From: Phallusia mammillata
Lineage: Eukaryota
Assembly: GCA_965637545.1 (NCBI GenBank)
Contig: OZ281501.1
Coordinates: 1,860,001 to 1,924,000, forward strand
DNA: 64,000 nt
Direction: 5' to 3'
Shown: positions 1 through 13,400 of the stretch, one piece after another
How the letters are laid out: each line of letters starts with the position of its first letter
Numbering within the stretch: position 1 is the stretch's first letter
Program-made: the position numbers and the translations under genes
Notes under the pieces: generated by a model
The model's input: the letters and a program-made list of their open reading frames with translations, nothing else
Told to the model about the DNA's origin: nothing
Database searches by the model: none

Positions 1-542
1 ATACTAAGAGGTTTATGCAACAAACGGTAAGAAAAGTTTAGACTAAGAAGGGCTTTCTAATTAGTCAGAGTAGAGTCCGAAACGCTTACTTGGTAATTAC
101 AGCAATGATGTAATTACGAAACCACAGCACATTTAGGTCTGCCACTCGGTGTCACCCAAGAGCAATATTCTGTCGCCTCTCTTTCTGATAGATGTAATCC
201 ATTGCCAAAAGGCCGAATGATCTTTGAACTATATAATTACATCTATCACACGTGTAGTAAGTCTTTCTTTGTAAATCTGAAATTCACCAAAGTACAGAAC
301 AATTTGAATTGCTTCAAATTGTGACAAAACGAACTCCAGAAACAATATACAACGCAAACAGAGACATATAACCCATAACTTGACCTTCTGTGAGTAAGGC
401 TACGCCCTGCCAAATATTGACCAAATGTCTGCGCCCGCAAACCGATTGACGGTCGCTTATTGAATTTTCACCCACTCAATGGTAAATGTTTGAGGAATCT
501 AAAAATAACCCTGAAAATAACGTTATTGACGATAAATTATAC

Positions 543-3500
543 TGAAATAGGGGAGGCGATGTCTCCGATGCGTTTTGACAAACGGTAGCTCCTGGCAGGA
601 GCTGCAGGAAAACGTGTCCTGCAGAAATCACACACTGACCACAAAACAAACTAGTAATTCGGTCACTTTAATTCTACACGTATTTACATTGCACTTTTGA
701 CAAAATTAAACAAAGGTCAAAGAACTTACTGTCCTGGTAGCAAGCTCTGAACAGCACTTGGCATTCAGTTTATTCTGTGAACCACATTTGTGCAAAAGAC
801 TGTTGCTTACGAAGTCCCGGGGTCACGTAAAAGGCCGAGCGAGACCACCAACATAGTTGCTTCCAATAGCAACAGCATCTGCAACTCAGCGGAAGGAATG
901 TATAATAATGTTATGGAAGCAAACACAACCTCAATCGTTCTACTTTTTACCTGCTTGAACACCTACTGAATATTTCCCTGCAACTAGAAAAGAATTGGTT
1001 CAAACTTAATGTAGTTATCAATTGATAGTCAAGTTTAATACAGTGGCAAAAGGTTTTGGGAACATAATGATTATACACAAGGAAGGGTTGTTGGTTTACA
1101 TATTGGCGGTTGTAGCAAACAGCCTATAAAAGCAAAAACAAATCAAAAAAACGTGACACAAATGTCTAACTTGGACTTAAAACAAAATGAAAATCCCTGT
1201 ACATATTTCAGTAAGATTTTTGAGAATCCTGGCTCGATATTTTTTGTGCAAGTTTTTTTGTAACATTTTTTTTTCGAGAATCGTTGTTTAATCTTTAAAC
1301 AACAAGAAAAGGGTAAGATTATTTTAGGCGGTTAGTTTCCGACATGTTGGGCGTGGAAAGAGCACAATAATATTGTTTTGGATGAGCGTTTAATTTGGTC
1401 AGCACAAGCAAACAAAAAAGATCAACATCCCCACCTAACTTAACCTCTAAAGTTAACTAAACTTGGAAACAAGCTTAATGTGCAAAATCCACGATTTTAA
1501 ACTGTTGTAAACAACCCGCCATAATGTCATAATAATGTTAACTTACGCTGACAACTTCAACAGGTAGCAAATCCAGCCTGTCAAAATCAAAGCCTTTACT
1601 AACACTTAATTATTAGGGCGAACACAACTTAAGTTCTTTGCTACAGGCAATATTAAACTTTGTGGCAAGTCTTAATCTAATCTGCGAAAAGATTGATGCC
1701 TAACGTTTACAGCACAAATTTACAACTTTCAAGTGGTTTATGGTAGCACCCAACTGTACATCGCAGAGATAATCCAGGACTTACTCTCTAATATCCAAGT
1801 ACTTTTCTGCGTCTTCTGAAACTTTAATATCTGCTCTATATGATCAACTTGATACAGTAAACCAGTATCAGCTGTTTTCCTTCCCGCCACTTTTTAGCAG
1901 TAAACAAAGAATGACTGTGACGTAATAGTACGATAGTAGCCATATTTTAAAGCACGGAGAGGTTTAAACAAAGAGCTATGGTGGAAGATGAATAAACCTG
2001 TTCCAGAAATGCAGAAAGTTTTGCAGTAACAGGTTAGCCTTGCAAAAATAAATTGTTAATTAACATGTAACTTAGAACTGAAGTTACATGTTGGCTGCAT
2101 AATTTAAACGCTTGTACCTTAACAAATGCAACACGACTGTTTGGGGCTAAAATTTCAGGTATGTTTGTTTAACGCAATTGCAAAGGTTGCTGCTTTGAGG
2201 GTGGTCTGCATGTAATGAACTATACATTTTAAAATCTCGTCTAAAAGCTTGATAGTGTTGTGTTGTGTGCATAATATGCAAAAGCTTGTGTTGTGGTGTT
2301 TAATGGGCGCAAGGCTTCGATACAGCACGTGGTTTATGCCCTTGTAAGTGAGAAAGCTGTGTTGTTAAAATAGATGGTGGATCCGCAAATCCACTAATGG
2401 TGCAGCTTTTTTACCGACGAATTGCTTTTTTGTTTTGGTTTCTTAAAACCAAAGTTTGTTTTATCTCAAGAAAATGAAGACAAATTGGAACTTGCCAAAC
2501 CACCTTTGGTGACAAATTGCTTTTGTTAAACTTAAGGTATTTCTTTCGGCTGGAGTAACTTGTGACAAATGCTATGCAACTTTGCCGTGGTGATAATTCT
2601 AAACTAAAATTTACACTTGCAATGTGAAGTTATGCAACATACATTAGTAGCAAGCTTTTTGCAACCCATTTACTTTTACAGATGAAAGTTACAAAACAGC
2701 ATGTACCTGAATATGGTGAATGTTTACAAATCGGTTCGGTTCAGTTGTTGAGCCTTCCCACAGGTTTGTAATCTCAGCAAAGCAGCAGCAAAAAGTCACT
2801 CCATGATTTTAACTGCGCAGCAAAGCCACAGGCGCTGACGTTAAATGCCGAGCTTGTATGGTTACAAAAATCGCCTTTTTCTTAAACGGTGTTGCCGGCG
2901 CTTTACCACACAACAGACATCATTGCTACTTCTCGCGTGAAACGTTTCAGGCAAGGTGCTAGAGCCACCGGCGTCTTGAGCAGGTCCAAGATAAACTTGG
3001 CTTTTCAGCTTAGACTGGTTGCTTGTCTGCCGGCATGTAAAGGCTTTAGACATAACATCCACGGCGCGTGCTGATGACATATTATTAATGTGTTTTCCAA
3101 GTGCAGAGTCTGGTGTCTGGCTTTAGTCAGTGCAAGCTTGTGAGGTGAACTAAGAAAGGGAATTAAGTATGTTCTTGAATGTAGTTTTGACGCCTTAGAA
3201 CAACATCATGTGCATTTAAGGAACGGTTTCGTACATTTGGTTGGTCGCGTTGATGATATTATAACCCGTTTAGAGTCTTAATACTGGTGCTGTATTAGTA
3301 CAGTGATTTTGGTTCTGTGCCGTGAACAACAACATGCTTTTTTGTTCTGCAGAGAGATGTCTGAAATAAGTTTTATGTTGTGTATGTATTGTTACGGAAC
3401 CTCTTGTTTTGTTTACTTGGTCGTCAGCAAACTCTATCACTTCCGTTGTTTGTTCAGAGCTATAGTCAGGTAGCCAAACAGCTTTCGGTCCTTAGGCCTC

Positions 3501-4433
3501 ATTGATTCTTACCCTGTTTACACAAGAATTTTAGTAGTTTCTTAGTCGAGAAAAGGGGAACCATAGGGGAAAAGTTCAACTTCAAGATACAGTTTACATT
3601 TTACAAATATTGCAGCAAATAAGTTCCTCACTGGCTATGCCAGCGACTGTTTCGATATAAAACTCGGGTGTTAACTACTTAATTGAATCGTTCCAAATCT
3701 TGCCTAAAAGATTTGAAAACTGCTCACATGTATGGATAACGCTTTGAAGCCACAAAGTGTTTTCCAAAGGTAAATATTCTTCACCTAAGACCAGTGTTGC
3801 TTTGTTGACATTATCTCCTGAAGACTTTCCAAAGGTGGGATGTGTCCTATGTATTTGCACAGGCAGATGTCAAGCCGCAAAACCAAGATCCAAGCGGCAA
3901 ATACTGGACATAACCTATTTGCTTTAGCTAAAAGCGTTAACCATTTACCGTCATATCGTGTTTGGTTTCGGTAAACGTATGTAGTTTTCAGGTGGCATTG
4001 CCACGGTGTGCGATCGATTACCGTAAAAATGTAATAGTATTGTTTTATATCAGATCGTGCTCGTAACCAAGATGTTTAATTCTGTTACATGAACTGTTGC
4101 ATAACTTACAATGATTTTGGTTAGACTTCCTGTCAAGACTTAATATTAATTCAATTTGCTACATTTCCTCACATTTAATACATGTCCGTTTATACTTGGC
4201 GTTTCTGGTTTTTACCGTTTATGACGCATCATTATGTCTAACTGGTGACAGACATATGAACTGGTTCCAAGTCTATACAACTTGCGTATTTCGAATGCCT
4301 TAGAATTAGAATACAGCATGCGCTTAGCGACAACTCCAGGGTCGAGAGATCTTGCGATAACACCGAACGAGTCAACGATCTTACCGTTCATTGTATTCGC
4401 TGTTGACTGGTCCGAGCGGCATGTCGTATCTTC
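543..4433 (-). other. Possible spliced minus-strand transcript (unresolved; short ORF or non-coding)
   Basis: Exon-like segments bounded by AG/GT: 4433-4385 (MPLGPVNSEYNER), 2038-1998, 1830-1785, 1598-1547, 1123-1100, 977-951, 878-811, 774-730, 618-543, below a CpG-rich promoter-like island at ~4450-4800. No single long open frame joins them, and splice-like pentamers occur near chance frequency. Confidence 0.25.
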
Positions 4434-7400
4434 CTGAAGGAAACCAGTCGTTTGGGTCGAAAACTCTCCGTCTGCCGGTTAATTTTCGTCGTGTGTTTCA
4501 CGCCCCGCGACTTTCGACGAAAAATTGTGTCGCGGCGCACTTTTTCCACCAGCAACCATGCAGCGCCACCCCTATACGTCACGTGATTTCAACCGATGAC
4601 GTCATAGAAGTAAATTCTCCCCGTCGAACGCGTGCGCTCGATTCGCGAGCCTCGATCAACTCAGGCGGATTAACAAAGTTTGACAGAAAAAAATGCGACT
4701 TTTTGCGGCAGATGCAGCACGGTCGCACTTAATCGTGACGATTCTCGGCGGTTATCGCTTGACACAGAGCCGGCGTCTATCTTTATCTCAGTTGTCGGTT
4801 GACCGGGATGTTCTAGTGCACCAGAGCTGACGTAATAGTGCTGATTGAAATTCCCTAGACAACAGGGATATGTCATTGAGGTTTATGGTTTTATATGCCC
4901 TTTTACGCGGTCTTGTACGGTGCTTTAAATATAGCACACTGCTTCACTTCTTAACCCATTGTGCTATTACAAATGTTGAACGTTGACTATCTCTTAGTTT
5001 ACACGTTTAGAATTTGGACAGACAGCAAGATAGAAATAGTCGTGCAATGTTTTGAAATTAACAGGTTTCAAATGAATGGTTAGTAGACCTGGTGTATTTT
5101 AAAGATACCAGGCTTAAAATGTATCTTAACACGGCAGTTAGTTCGAAAGTGAGTAGTTGCTTGTGGATTCATCGATGTTAATCGAAGTGTAGAATTGCAT
5201 TCACGTGGTCATTTCCGAACATAAATTTACAGCTTCCTAGGTTTCCACCCGTAATGTATCGCTATTGTGTGCTTCACTTACAGCGAAGGAAGGAAAATTT
5301 TCACGCAGCACCGCAACAAGATTTTCCAATACTGATTGATTTCCTGGAGCGCTGGTATAAACTACATTGCATATTGACTGATTTTTGCCCATTTCCTTTG
5401 AATTCGTTGGCTACTCCCGCCTCTTTCTGCCGCAAACGCTGTTTTTCGTCGCTTGCCACCGGGTTCGCTGTTTCTAGTAGGAAATTGAAATATACAGAAA
5501 GCTTCAGAGTACTTCATCCGGCCACTTGACAACAAAGCTTACGTCTGGAAGTGTCTTCATGAAACCACATTCGCCTGTCGATGAGCGAATGACAAAAACC
5601 TTTCGCACTTCGCTTGCTCATAACATAACGTCGTGTAAAAGTTACTGTAAAACAGAACGCTCTTAAATGATTGTTGGTTCAGGCCAGGTTTGACAAATGT
5701 TTCAAATTAGACACAAGTTCACGGTTTGGGCATTTCACTTTTATTTGTCCTATAGCATTGTCACTTTTTATAGCTTTTTTGGTCATAAACAGTATTGCCA
5801 GTTTTTGTAGCTTCAAAGTGGCGGACAATAGACTACAACCGCTTTGGCGGCTATTTACAGGAAGCAGTGCAAAGACGTTTATAGAAGTCGACTTCATTCA
5901 ACACCTTCGGCGGCCTGACAAGCGTAAACCGCAACAGTCATTGTAAATCCGCTGGCACTTCAACATTGCGCAACTTGTCAAACGCTCTTTGAAATGAACC
6001 TGTTAGTTTCAAAAGCAAATTTCGAATGTGTTTCTGTGGTGTTCGTTTTTTCGGCAGACTACAACCGCTAACATTGTATTCGTGTGAGTTGAATGTTCTG
6101 CTCATTTGTCATTAGGTGCGCGAAAGTTGACACCCATAGCTAATATGGAAAACTGTCGTTACTTGGTGTCGATTTTACGCGCTTGGACTTGTATTTTACC
6201 TGCGCCGAATTATTAAAACTTGCAGACGGCATCGTTATTTTATCTTTAAGTCTGGCAAATGGTCGCGTTTTAAAGTGGCTTGTATCGTTTCCTAGATATT
6301 AACAAAATATAAGTTATCACATTTTAAAACTTTGCTCACTCTGTCGCAACGAAATGCTTAGAAGACCAGCTTGAAAAGCTGCCGGCAAAAGTTAAACAAA
6401 GTAAATCATAACTTGTCCAAACATGTATTTAAAATAAACAAATGGTGTGAAGACGTAATTCATTTATGTCCTTCACTTAAATGTTTTTGTTTCCGACAGG
6501 ACTGTGAAAACCGTTTACACTGTACAAGATAAACCCAGTGTTGTAAATGGGACTGGGGTGAAGCAAAAACCCATTTCAGCGATGATTAATGCCTTTTCTG
6601 TCAGTCACAGCTAAAAAAACGGGCCAATCGCGTTCCCAGCGCCGAACACCAACTAAAGCAAAACCGCTTTAAAACCTTACGGACGTCAGACACGAATGGT
6701 GTTGTTTGTACTGATGGTCTGACGACAAACACGGTCCCCTTTGAAGGGTATCGAAGCGTGGGACGGACGTCTATGACCCAAACATTACGGACCTCATTTT
6801 GTGCAATAAACAGGGAAAATTTGCGTCTTTCATTGTCATAGAAAAGCGCCCGTTAACGGTTATTTGTTATCTGTCACCCTAAGTGCTTGTTCTGTCTCTT
6901 GAGGTACGTTTAACAATTATCTTGGTCCTTTGCGCATGTTGGGTTTGCCGTCTTTTCCGGTTTTCGAGTGTCTTCACTTGACAACTGCCCTCTACCATTG
7001 TTATAACCTGTTCTGAACCAACGTTAACTATCATTGAATACTCTACCCAAAAAGGGTGATGCGTGCATGCACACAACATCAAAGAAAAGTACAAAATTGC
7101 CACAATTTGGTATTTTACCCATCTTTTTGTGGCAAAAGCTAAAACGAACAGTTTATGCTTTCAACACCGCACTAAGCCGGAACCCGATACATTGTGTATT
7201 ACCACTACATGTAATGCTATAAATATGATGTGCAATTAGCTCGTAATGAGTAGCTTTGTACATTGTAAAGTTCTGTAATGAACAACATTGAGTTACATTA
7301 TTTAACCGCAACTTAAAACTTCGACTTCAATTCGTTGCAAAACGAGGTACAGGTGTTGTAACCAAGATTGGATAAGTGCTCTCGGAAACGCCTACAAAAC

Positions 7401-10400
7401 ATATGTAAATTGCACATGGCGGTGTTATCGCTCAGTTGCTGTATATGGGTTTCATGTTTAACTCTGTGACATTCGTTCTGGCATTTACATTGACTGTAGT
7501 TTCAAACATAAGTGATGTTTTACATTGTAAGATTTGTACCACTACATTTGTACATCTGATTGTAACAAATTCGACCAGTAAGGCAATCGTTTCAGTTGGT
7601 GATATAATCCACAGGTCATTTTTTTATGACATTTGAAACCTTTCAACTATGACAATCGGGGTTTTAAGTTGAAATTTTGATTTTTCCAGTTCTTCAAATG
7701 CGCTAGTTTAGGACAGCAAGCACAAAATCGCATTTTAATCCCCCACAAACACAAAGCAAACATTTCTTGCCGTTTAATCTAAACTCGACGCTTTGAACCA
7801 GCCGCTGAAATTTCACTGGATCGAGGTCAGCGAGCGGTGAAAGCAATAACACAACGGGCTATTGCAGCTATTGGCCCACAGTCCGTGCCATGCAAACAAA
7901 CCTAGTGTTGACGTTGTTTGTCCACTAACACTGGGTCCACGATGTGAGCCGTCCTATGCTTATATTTTGGCTCGCTGTTCTACTAAGCTTCTTACTGCAT
8001 GCATAGCTTTAGTAAGTTCGAATGGGGTGTCAGTGTAGAGTTTTAAGTGTTCGTATTGCAGGAAAATAATAAGGCGTTTCAGAAAGACACGTAATGTTCA
8101 TAAGTATTATGTAATTTTATTTGCTGTTGAGTAAGCACAACTTTTGGGCTGGGGTTTACAAAAACATTGCCATAGTTTGGTCAGGTTAAGAATATTTTTA
8201 AGTTTAGAATAAATAAGGAAATCGTAAGTTTTTAATATTGTTTGAAATGCAAAGAGTAAAGTGCAAGTATTTCAAGGTTTGTTTAGTTGCTCAACATCAA
8301 TTAAAAATAATCAAAGGAATAATCAGTTTTAGGCACTTTGATTAAGAAACCGGTTTCATTGGATAGTAATCAAATCGTATCGCGAAAAGCGTATAATCGC
8401 TGCACAGCATTCTAGATCACACGAAACAATGCCTTCCATTGTTTAAACCGCTTTTGCTTGTTGTCGTTTGCTCGTCTAATATCCCTGTGATGCCGTAAAG
8501 CGATCGTATCGCTAACTTCACATCAAGTCTACCACTTTTCTCCAGATCAAAGTTATTAAGTCGTCGCTTGTCTGGTGATCTTAATTTAAAGTTTAAAACG
8601 GGTTTCCGAACAAGCTTTGTTCAGCAAGCCGTGAAATGATGATTGAAAATGAGTTTTGTTGCGAATAATTGACTTCATAATATTTTTACTAATCTTAGTT
8701 GCTTTTTAGATATATTTGGAAGTTTTTGTTTGCGTTTTCTTAAACACTTTCTGTTTGGGAGCCTCCCACTAGAAACATACCTGAATTTATGGGTAAATAG
8801 CCACCCCTTAAATCTATCAGGAAAATTTGGTTCATAAGGTATTAACCACAAAAATGGGCAATGTTTTTGCACTTAGTATTGTTTTTTTTTTATTGCGACG
8901 TGTGTTTAATTTTGCGGGAGAAAGTTAATGATTAATTATTATCAATCCGGCCTGGACCGCGACGCAGCAATGCCACAATGGTCACGTGGCCGATTGTTGA
9001 TTTATTCCGGGGAATTCCCGCTACTTGTGATCGATGAGGAAGTCGCGATAAGTGCGTTGTATTGTTCGAGTAAACATTACCGATTCGGTCGCTTTTCGCT
9101 GCTCGTATTTCGGTGACTGTGTGCGTCTTTCTGCTGATTCGTAGCAATCAATCTGCAATTGACAATGCTTCAACGAGGCCCGTATTTAATCTGTTAGGAA
9201 AATTTTTTGTTTTATTTCTGCAAGGAAATGTTATTCATGTTTTGTAAAGCATTGTATTATATTGAAAATCACATTTGTCCAAACGTAAACATCGAAGATG
9301 GAGAGGATAAGATTAATATACCGTGTCAGCTATATGTACCGTTTTGACTGGGTTTAATTGTAATAAGCAACTTGAAAACGTAGGTTCGAATCCCATGTAG
9401 TGCAACGTAATTTTCATTTTTTCATGCTGTGCATTCAAATGGTTACGTTTACGGGACAACATTATTTCCAAATTTGGATGTTATGTGGCATGTGTGCCTT
9501 ATTCTGCTGAGGGTTTGATACGTGTAAAGACATCCATCATAAAGTTACAGTGGTTCAACGATCAAAGCAAGTCGTGTTTGACTTAAAGCTTGTGGTGATA
9601 GCTTAGCGTGTTGGCTTTGGCTTAAAGTTGTTGGTAATGTGATTTAGATTACAGTATTTGGTATAAACGACAGTTGGAAAATTATCTTGGTCTGGATAAA
9701 AAAGTACAATATACTAAGAGTGAAACAAAACGACTTTTAATTTGAAACAATCCGATTCGTAATTTTATCAAAAGTTTTGCTTCGTCAAAATATGATCGTT
9801 GTTTTTTGCTTTGTCCAAACAACAAATTAAATTGTCTAGATTTGTACCTAAAACTGCATTGAGTATTTATTTTGTTTCTAAAATGGATTCATTTCAATTG
9901 AACTAATATTAAGTAACTCATACACAAAAATGCTTGCTGCCAATAGCTTCTGCATGTTTTTGCCAATTTTCACGTTCTTACCCGGTATGTCACACAACAC
10001 CCGTAAAAGCAGGTATTACTAATGTCAGTCATAACCATAACGCCTGGACAAAACTATAGGAAATCCTCGGCATTGTCTGCCAAGCACGTATGGATGGGTG
10101 GCAGTTTCCATGTAGTGATTGATATGTTGCTCAGAATTTGTAGAGGTTGGATAACTGCTTGTATTTATATTTCACAATCATCAGGGTTTTACGCGACGCT
10201 TGGTTTGAACCTTTTTATTAATGTTTTATGTGCATGCCTCAAGTGTTTATAAACAGGTGTAACTGAAGTGGACCCATGTATCATCTGATGATGGCATGAG
10301 TATTTCCTTTTAGGTCGCTTTTTAGGTCAATTTGGGCCGTTATTTGCCTCATTAACCTTATCATCAGAAATTAAATACCTGCGAAATAAATTAACCTAAT

Positions 10401-13400
10401 TTTTTGAAACGCCTACCGAAATAAACAGAAGCATTTTTTTGTACTTACATCTACGCTTACCATTAGTTTTGAAATTGAAAATGTAGACACAAGACAATAG
10501 TTTATTACCGATCAACCGCATGTAGGTCATTTAAAACCGATTTTTGCCTGGTAAAAGGACGTTGAAATGTCAGCTGGGTTGTGGGCAGGCATATCGCAGA
10601 CGTAGGAAATATCGTATTGTATTACATGTTAATATCACGTTGTTAATTGTTTGCTTTTACAAGTGAATCATACACTGTGTATCAGCGTTTGCTACACGAC
10701 GTTCGAATAAGAGATGAAAAACGTGTAATTTAAGACTTGCCCTGTAGCATTTTGAGTAACACTTCCGATGTATCATCGGATTTTTCCGTAATTGTTTATC
10801 TGAATCCTGTTTCTGGCAATAAACGAAACGTGCGGTTAAGCGCTTGTATTGTATTCATTCACAGTGGTATTGTAACTAAAGTTCTTCATAACGTCATTTC
10901 AAGTCTGTTTAAGGCTGTGGTTTCTATTTATAATATCATGCAATAAATACTGCATGTAATAACATCTAGCGATGTCTTTTTGGTCAATGAAAGAAGTGAC
11001 AGATATAATTATAAATATTTATTTTACCCGCCTTTTAAAACTTAACTTTATTACAGAAAATATTTTGCAATCCACTGGTTTGGAATCTAACATTTTCGAA
11101 TAAACTGTGCATTTCAAAACGATATAAATGTGAAGACAATTGCACACTTAATTAAACATTTTTCGACAACCACCATCGGTGGCCTTCACCATACTTGAAG
11201 TCTTTTTCTGGTCGTTACGGTTTCGACACTGTAATTTGCAGTTTAGTAAAACGTGAATTCAAACTACTAAGCTTCAATTGCATGTTACCACTTTCGTTCT
11301 TATCCTGAGCAAATACCATACTACACTTTTTTATTTTCTCAAACCTATTTTTCCCAAACCTTAGCTGTTAAGAAAAACAGTTGATAATGCTTCCCATTGG
11401 GGTTTATTGCATTCACATATTTAAGTGTTTAATTTGCAATTTACAACTGTAATATACATTACTGTGCGATTAAAACATTAACACCTTCTAACAAAAGCGT
11501 TTGAGCATATTCTACACGCATGAACTTATTGTTTCCAAGGACACGTGCAGTTTTGTGCAAATCGTCAGTAAATTTAGATGTGCAAAATTGAAGCGACATG
11601 CGGTCCATGTTTTTTCAAACCTAAATTTTCGTTTTTGGTTTGAGTGTGGTTATATTTACTTGTAAAGGACCGTATTTGCAGAATAAGATGGGTAATTTAT
11701 GACAACACTGGGTTGTTACAGTCTACTCTAAGCGTAATTATAATGTTTATGAGGGGAAATTAACGGGAGTTTATGGAAGTGCGGTTTTAGGCTTGAAATG
11801 AACAGTCAGGAAATGTGTTATATATCCCACTTTTATGTACATTTAGATTTGTTTAGGAGCATTTTCGTTCCTCTTGGTTGTGTTTGAAAGTATTTTTGTT
11901 ACCTACGTGTATTTTAGAAACAAAATCAGCAACAATGGGATATTATGCCTCGGAACTATGTTGTCTTTTTCACTTAGTTTAAACCCTCATGGTAGCGATG
12001 AAACTTGGCTTATTTAGATCCGAGAATTCAATATAGAGTTAGGGGTGTTCGGTTTCATATGTCACGTTCCCAAACACCGTTATCTCCTCGCAGTTGTCGC
12101 ATCCAAGCACATGTTACTATATTCCCCTTTTTTGGTTCTTTGTTCTATTTATTTGAGGCCAAGAATTTTCCTGTTTGGAGCTGATTTTATCATCAAATGT
12201 AAACAAAACTTTTGAGGCCAATTTTGTTCTCTACTCGCCATGCTCGCCTCAGTAAAATTGCCGTCATTGCCGCCTCAGTGAAAAGTTCTTATCTTATCTG
12301 CAAGGTCATTTACAGCAGAGAAATGTGTCGCACTTTATTATGACTGACAGGCGATCGTGCACTTAGACGTGGCTTCGCGATTGTGAGAGTTCTGCACATT
12401 ATCTGTGCGAGTGGTCGCTGGTCATTTTTCCTGACCTTTGACTTATAACTTAGTGACCTGGTTGTTTTGAGCGGCGTTTCTCTTTCATAATGTCAACTCG
12501 GCATCATTACTAGGTCGGTTTTGTTTCTAAACATGATCAGTGTTTGATCTCAGAATTTGCCGGAGAAGATGTTGTTGCAAGACTTACTTCCGATACCCAC
12601 AAATCATATCTCCTAAATGCTATGTATTCATTGTTTATCATTAATTCAGTTATGGTTAGTTGTTTGTAGGGCACCAAACATGCATTTTTTGGAACTTGTT
12701 CGATAAAGAATTCCTTACACTCTTGTGGGTTAATTTCTGTTGGGTAAACCGCGTCTTAGCTTTTCTGCGATTGATTTGTTGCAAGAAATGGTGATTGGCA
12801 TTTTACTGTGCGTAATATGATACTTGGACTGAACATCTCACTGGGTGAAGTAACTATTCCAGGAAGACTGTGGGAGTGTTTTTAAACTCAGTTGCATTTG
12901 TTAGAAGTCTTGCATGCAAATATATAGGGGGCAAGTTTAACTGCCCGAAAACGCGCCACTTACAACAGGTCCTTGCATAAGCGCCGGTGGAAAGAGAAAA
13001 GCTTTGCGGGCAACGCGTCACCGTTTGCCCGCAGGCTTCAATGCATTTCCCCTTCTCCTGCGGTTGCTGCTTGAGCCACCAGGAATGTTGTGCCTACAAG
13101 AGCCTTGTAATTATGCCCGTGTGTGCGGAAACCGTCATCTGCGAGTCAGACTGCTTTCATCCAAGAAATGCAGTGCTTTGGGTCGCAACGATTAAGTGGA
13201 ATTTTGGTAAAAACTGTGGTGCGCGGTGTCGAGTACACACATTGGATCATAAGGAAATCTCAAAATGGGAGTATGTAGATGTAGAAAAAAAAATTCGAAT
13301 CGTGTGATAATTTTGACACATTGTATTACATCAGTTAAAAATTACAATCTAAAGTACATAATCGAAAATTAATTGTTCCATTTTTGTGTTAACTGTTTTA

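Noticed and set aside
4391-4732. 113-aa plus-strand ORF
   Set aside because: Overlaps a CpG-rich promoter-like island where stops are depleted; no motif.
9383-9394. Isolated Pol III B-box GGTTCGAATCCC
   Set aside because: No A-box, cloverleaf or TSD; cannot support a tRNA or SINE call.
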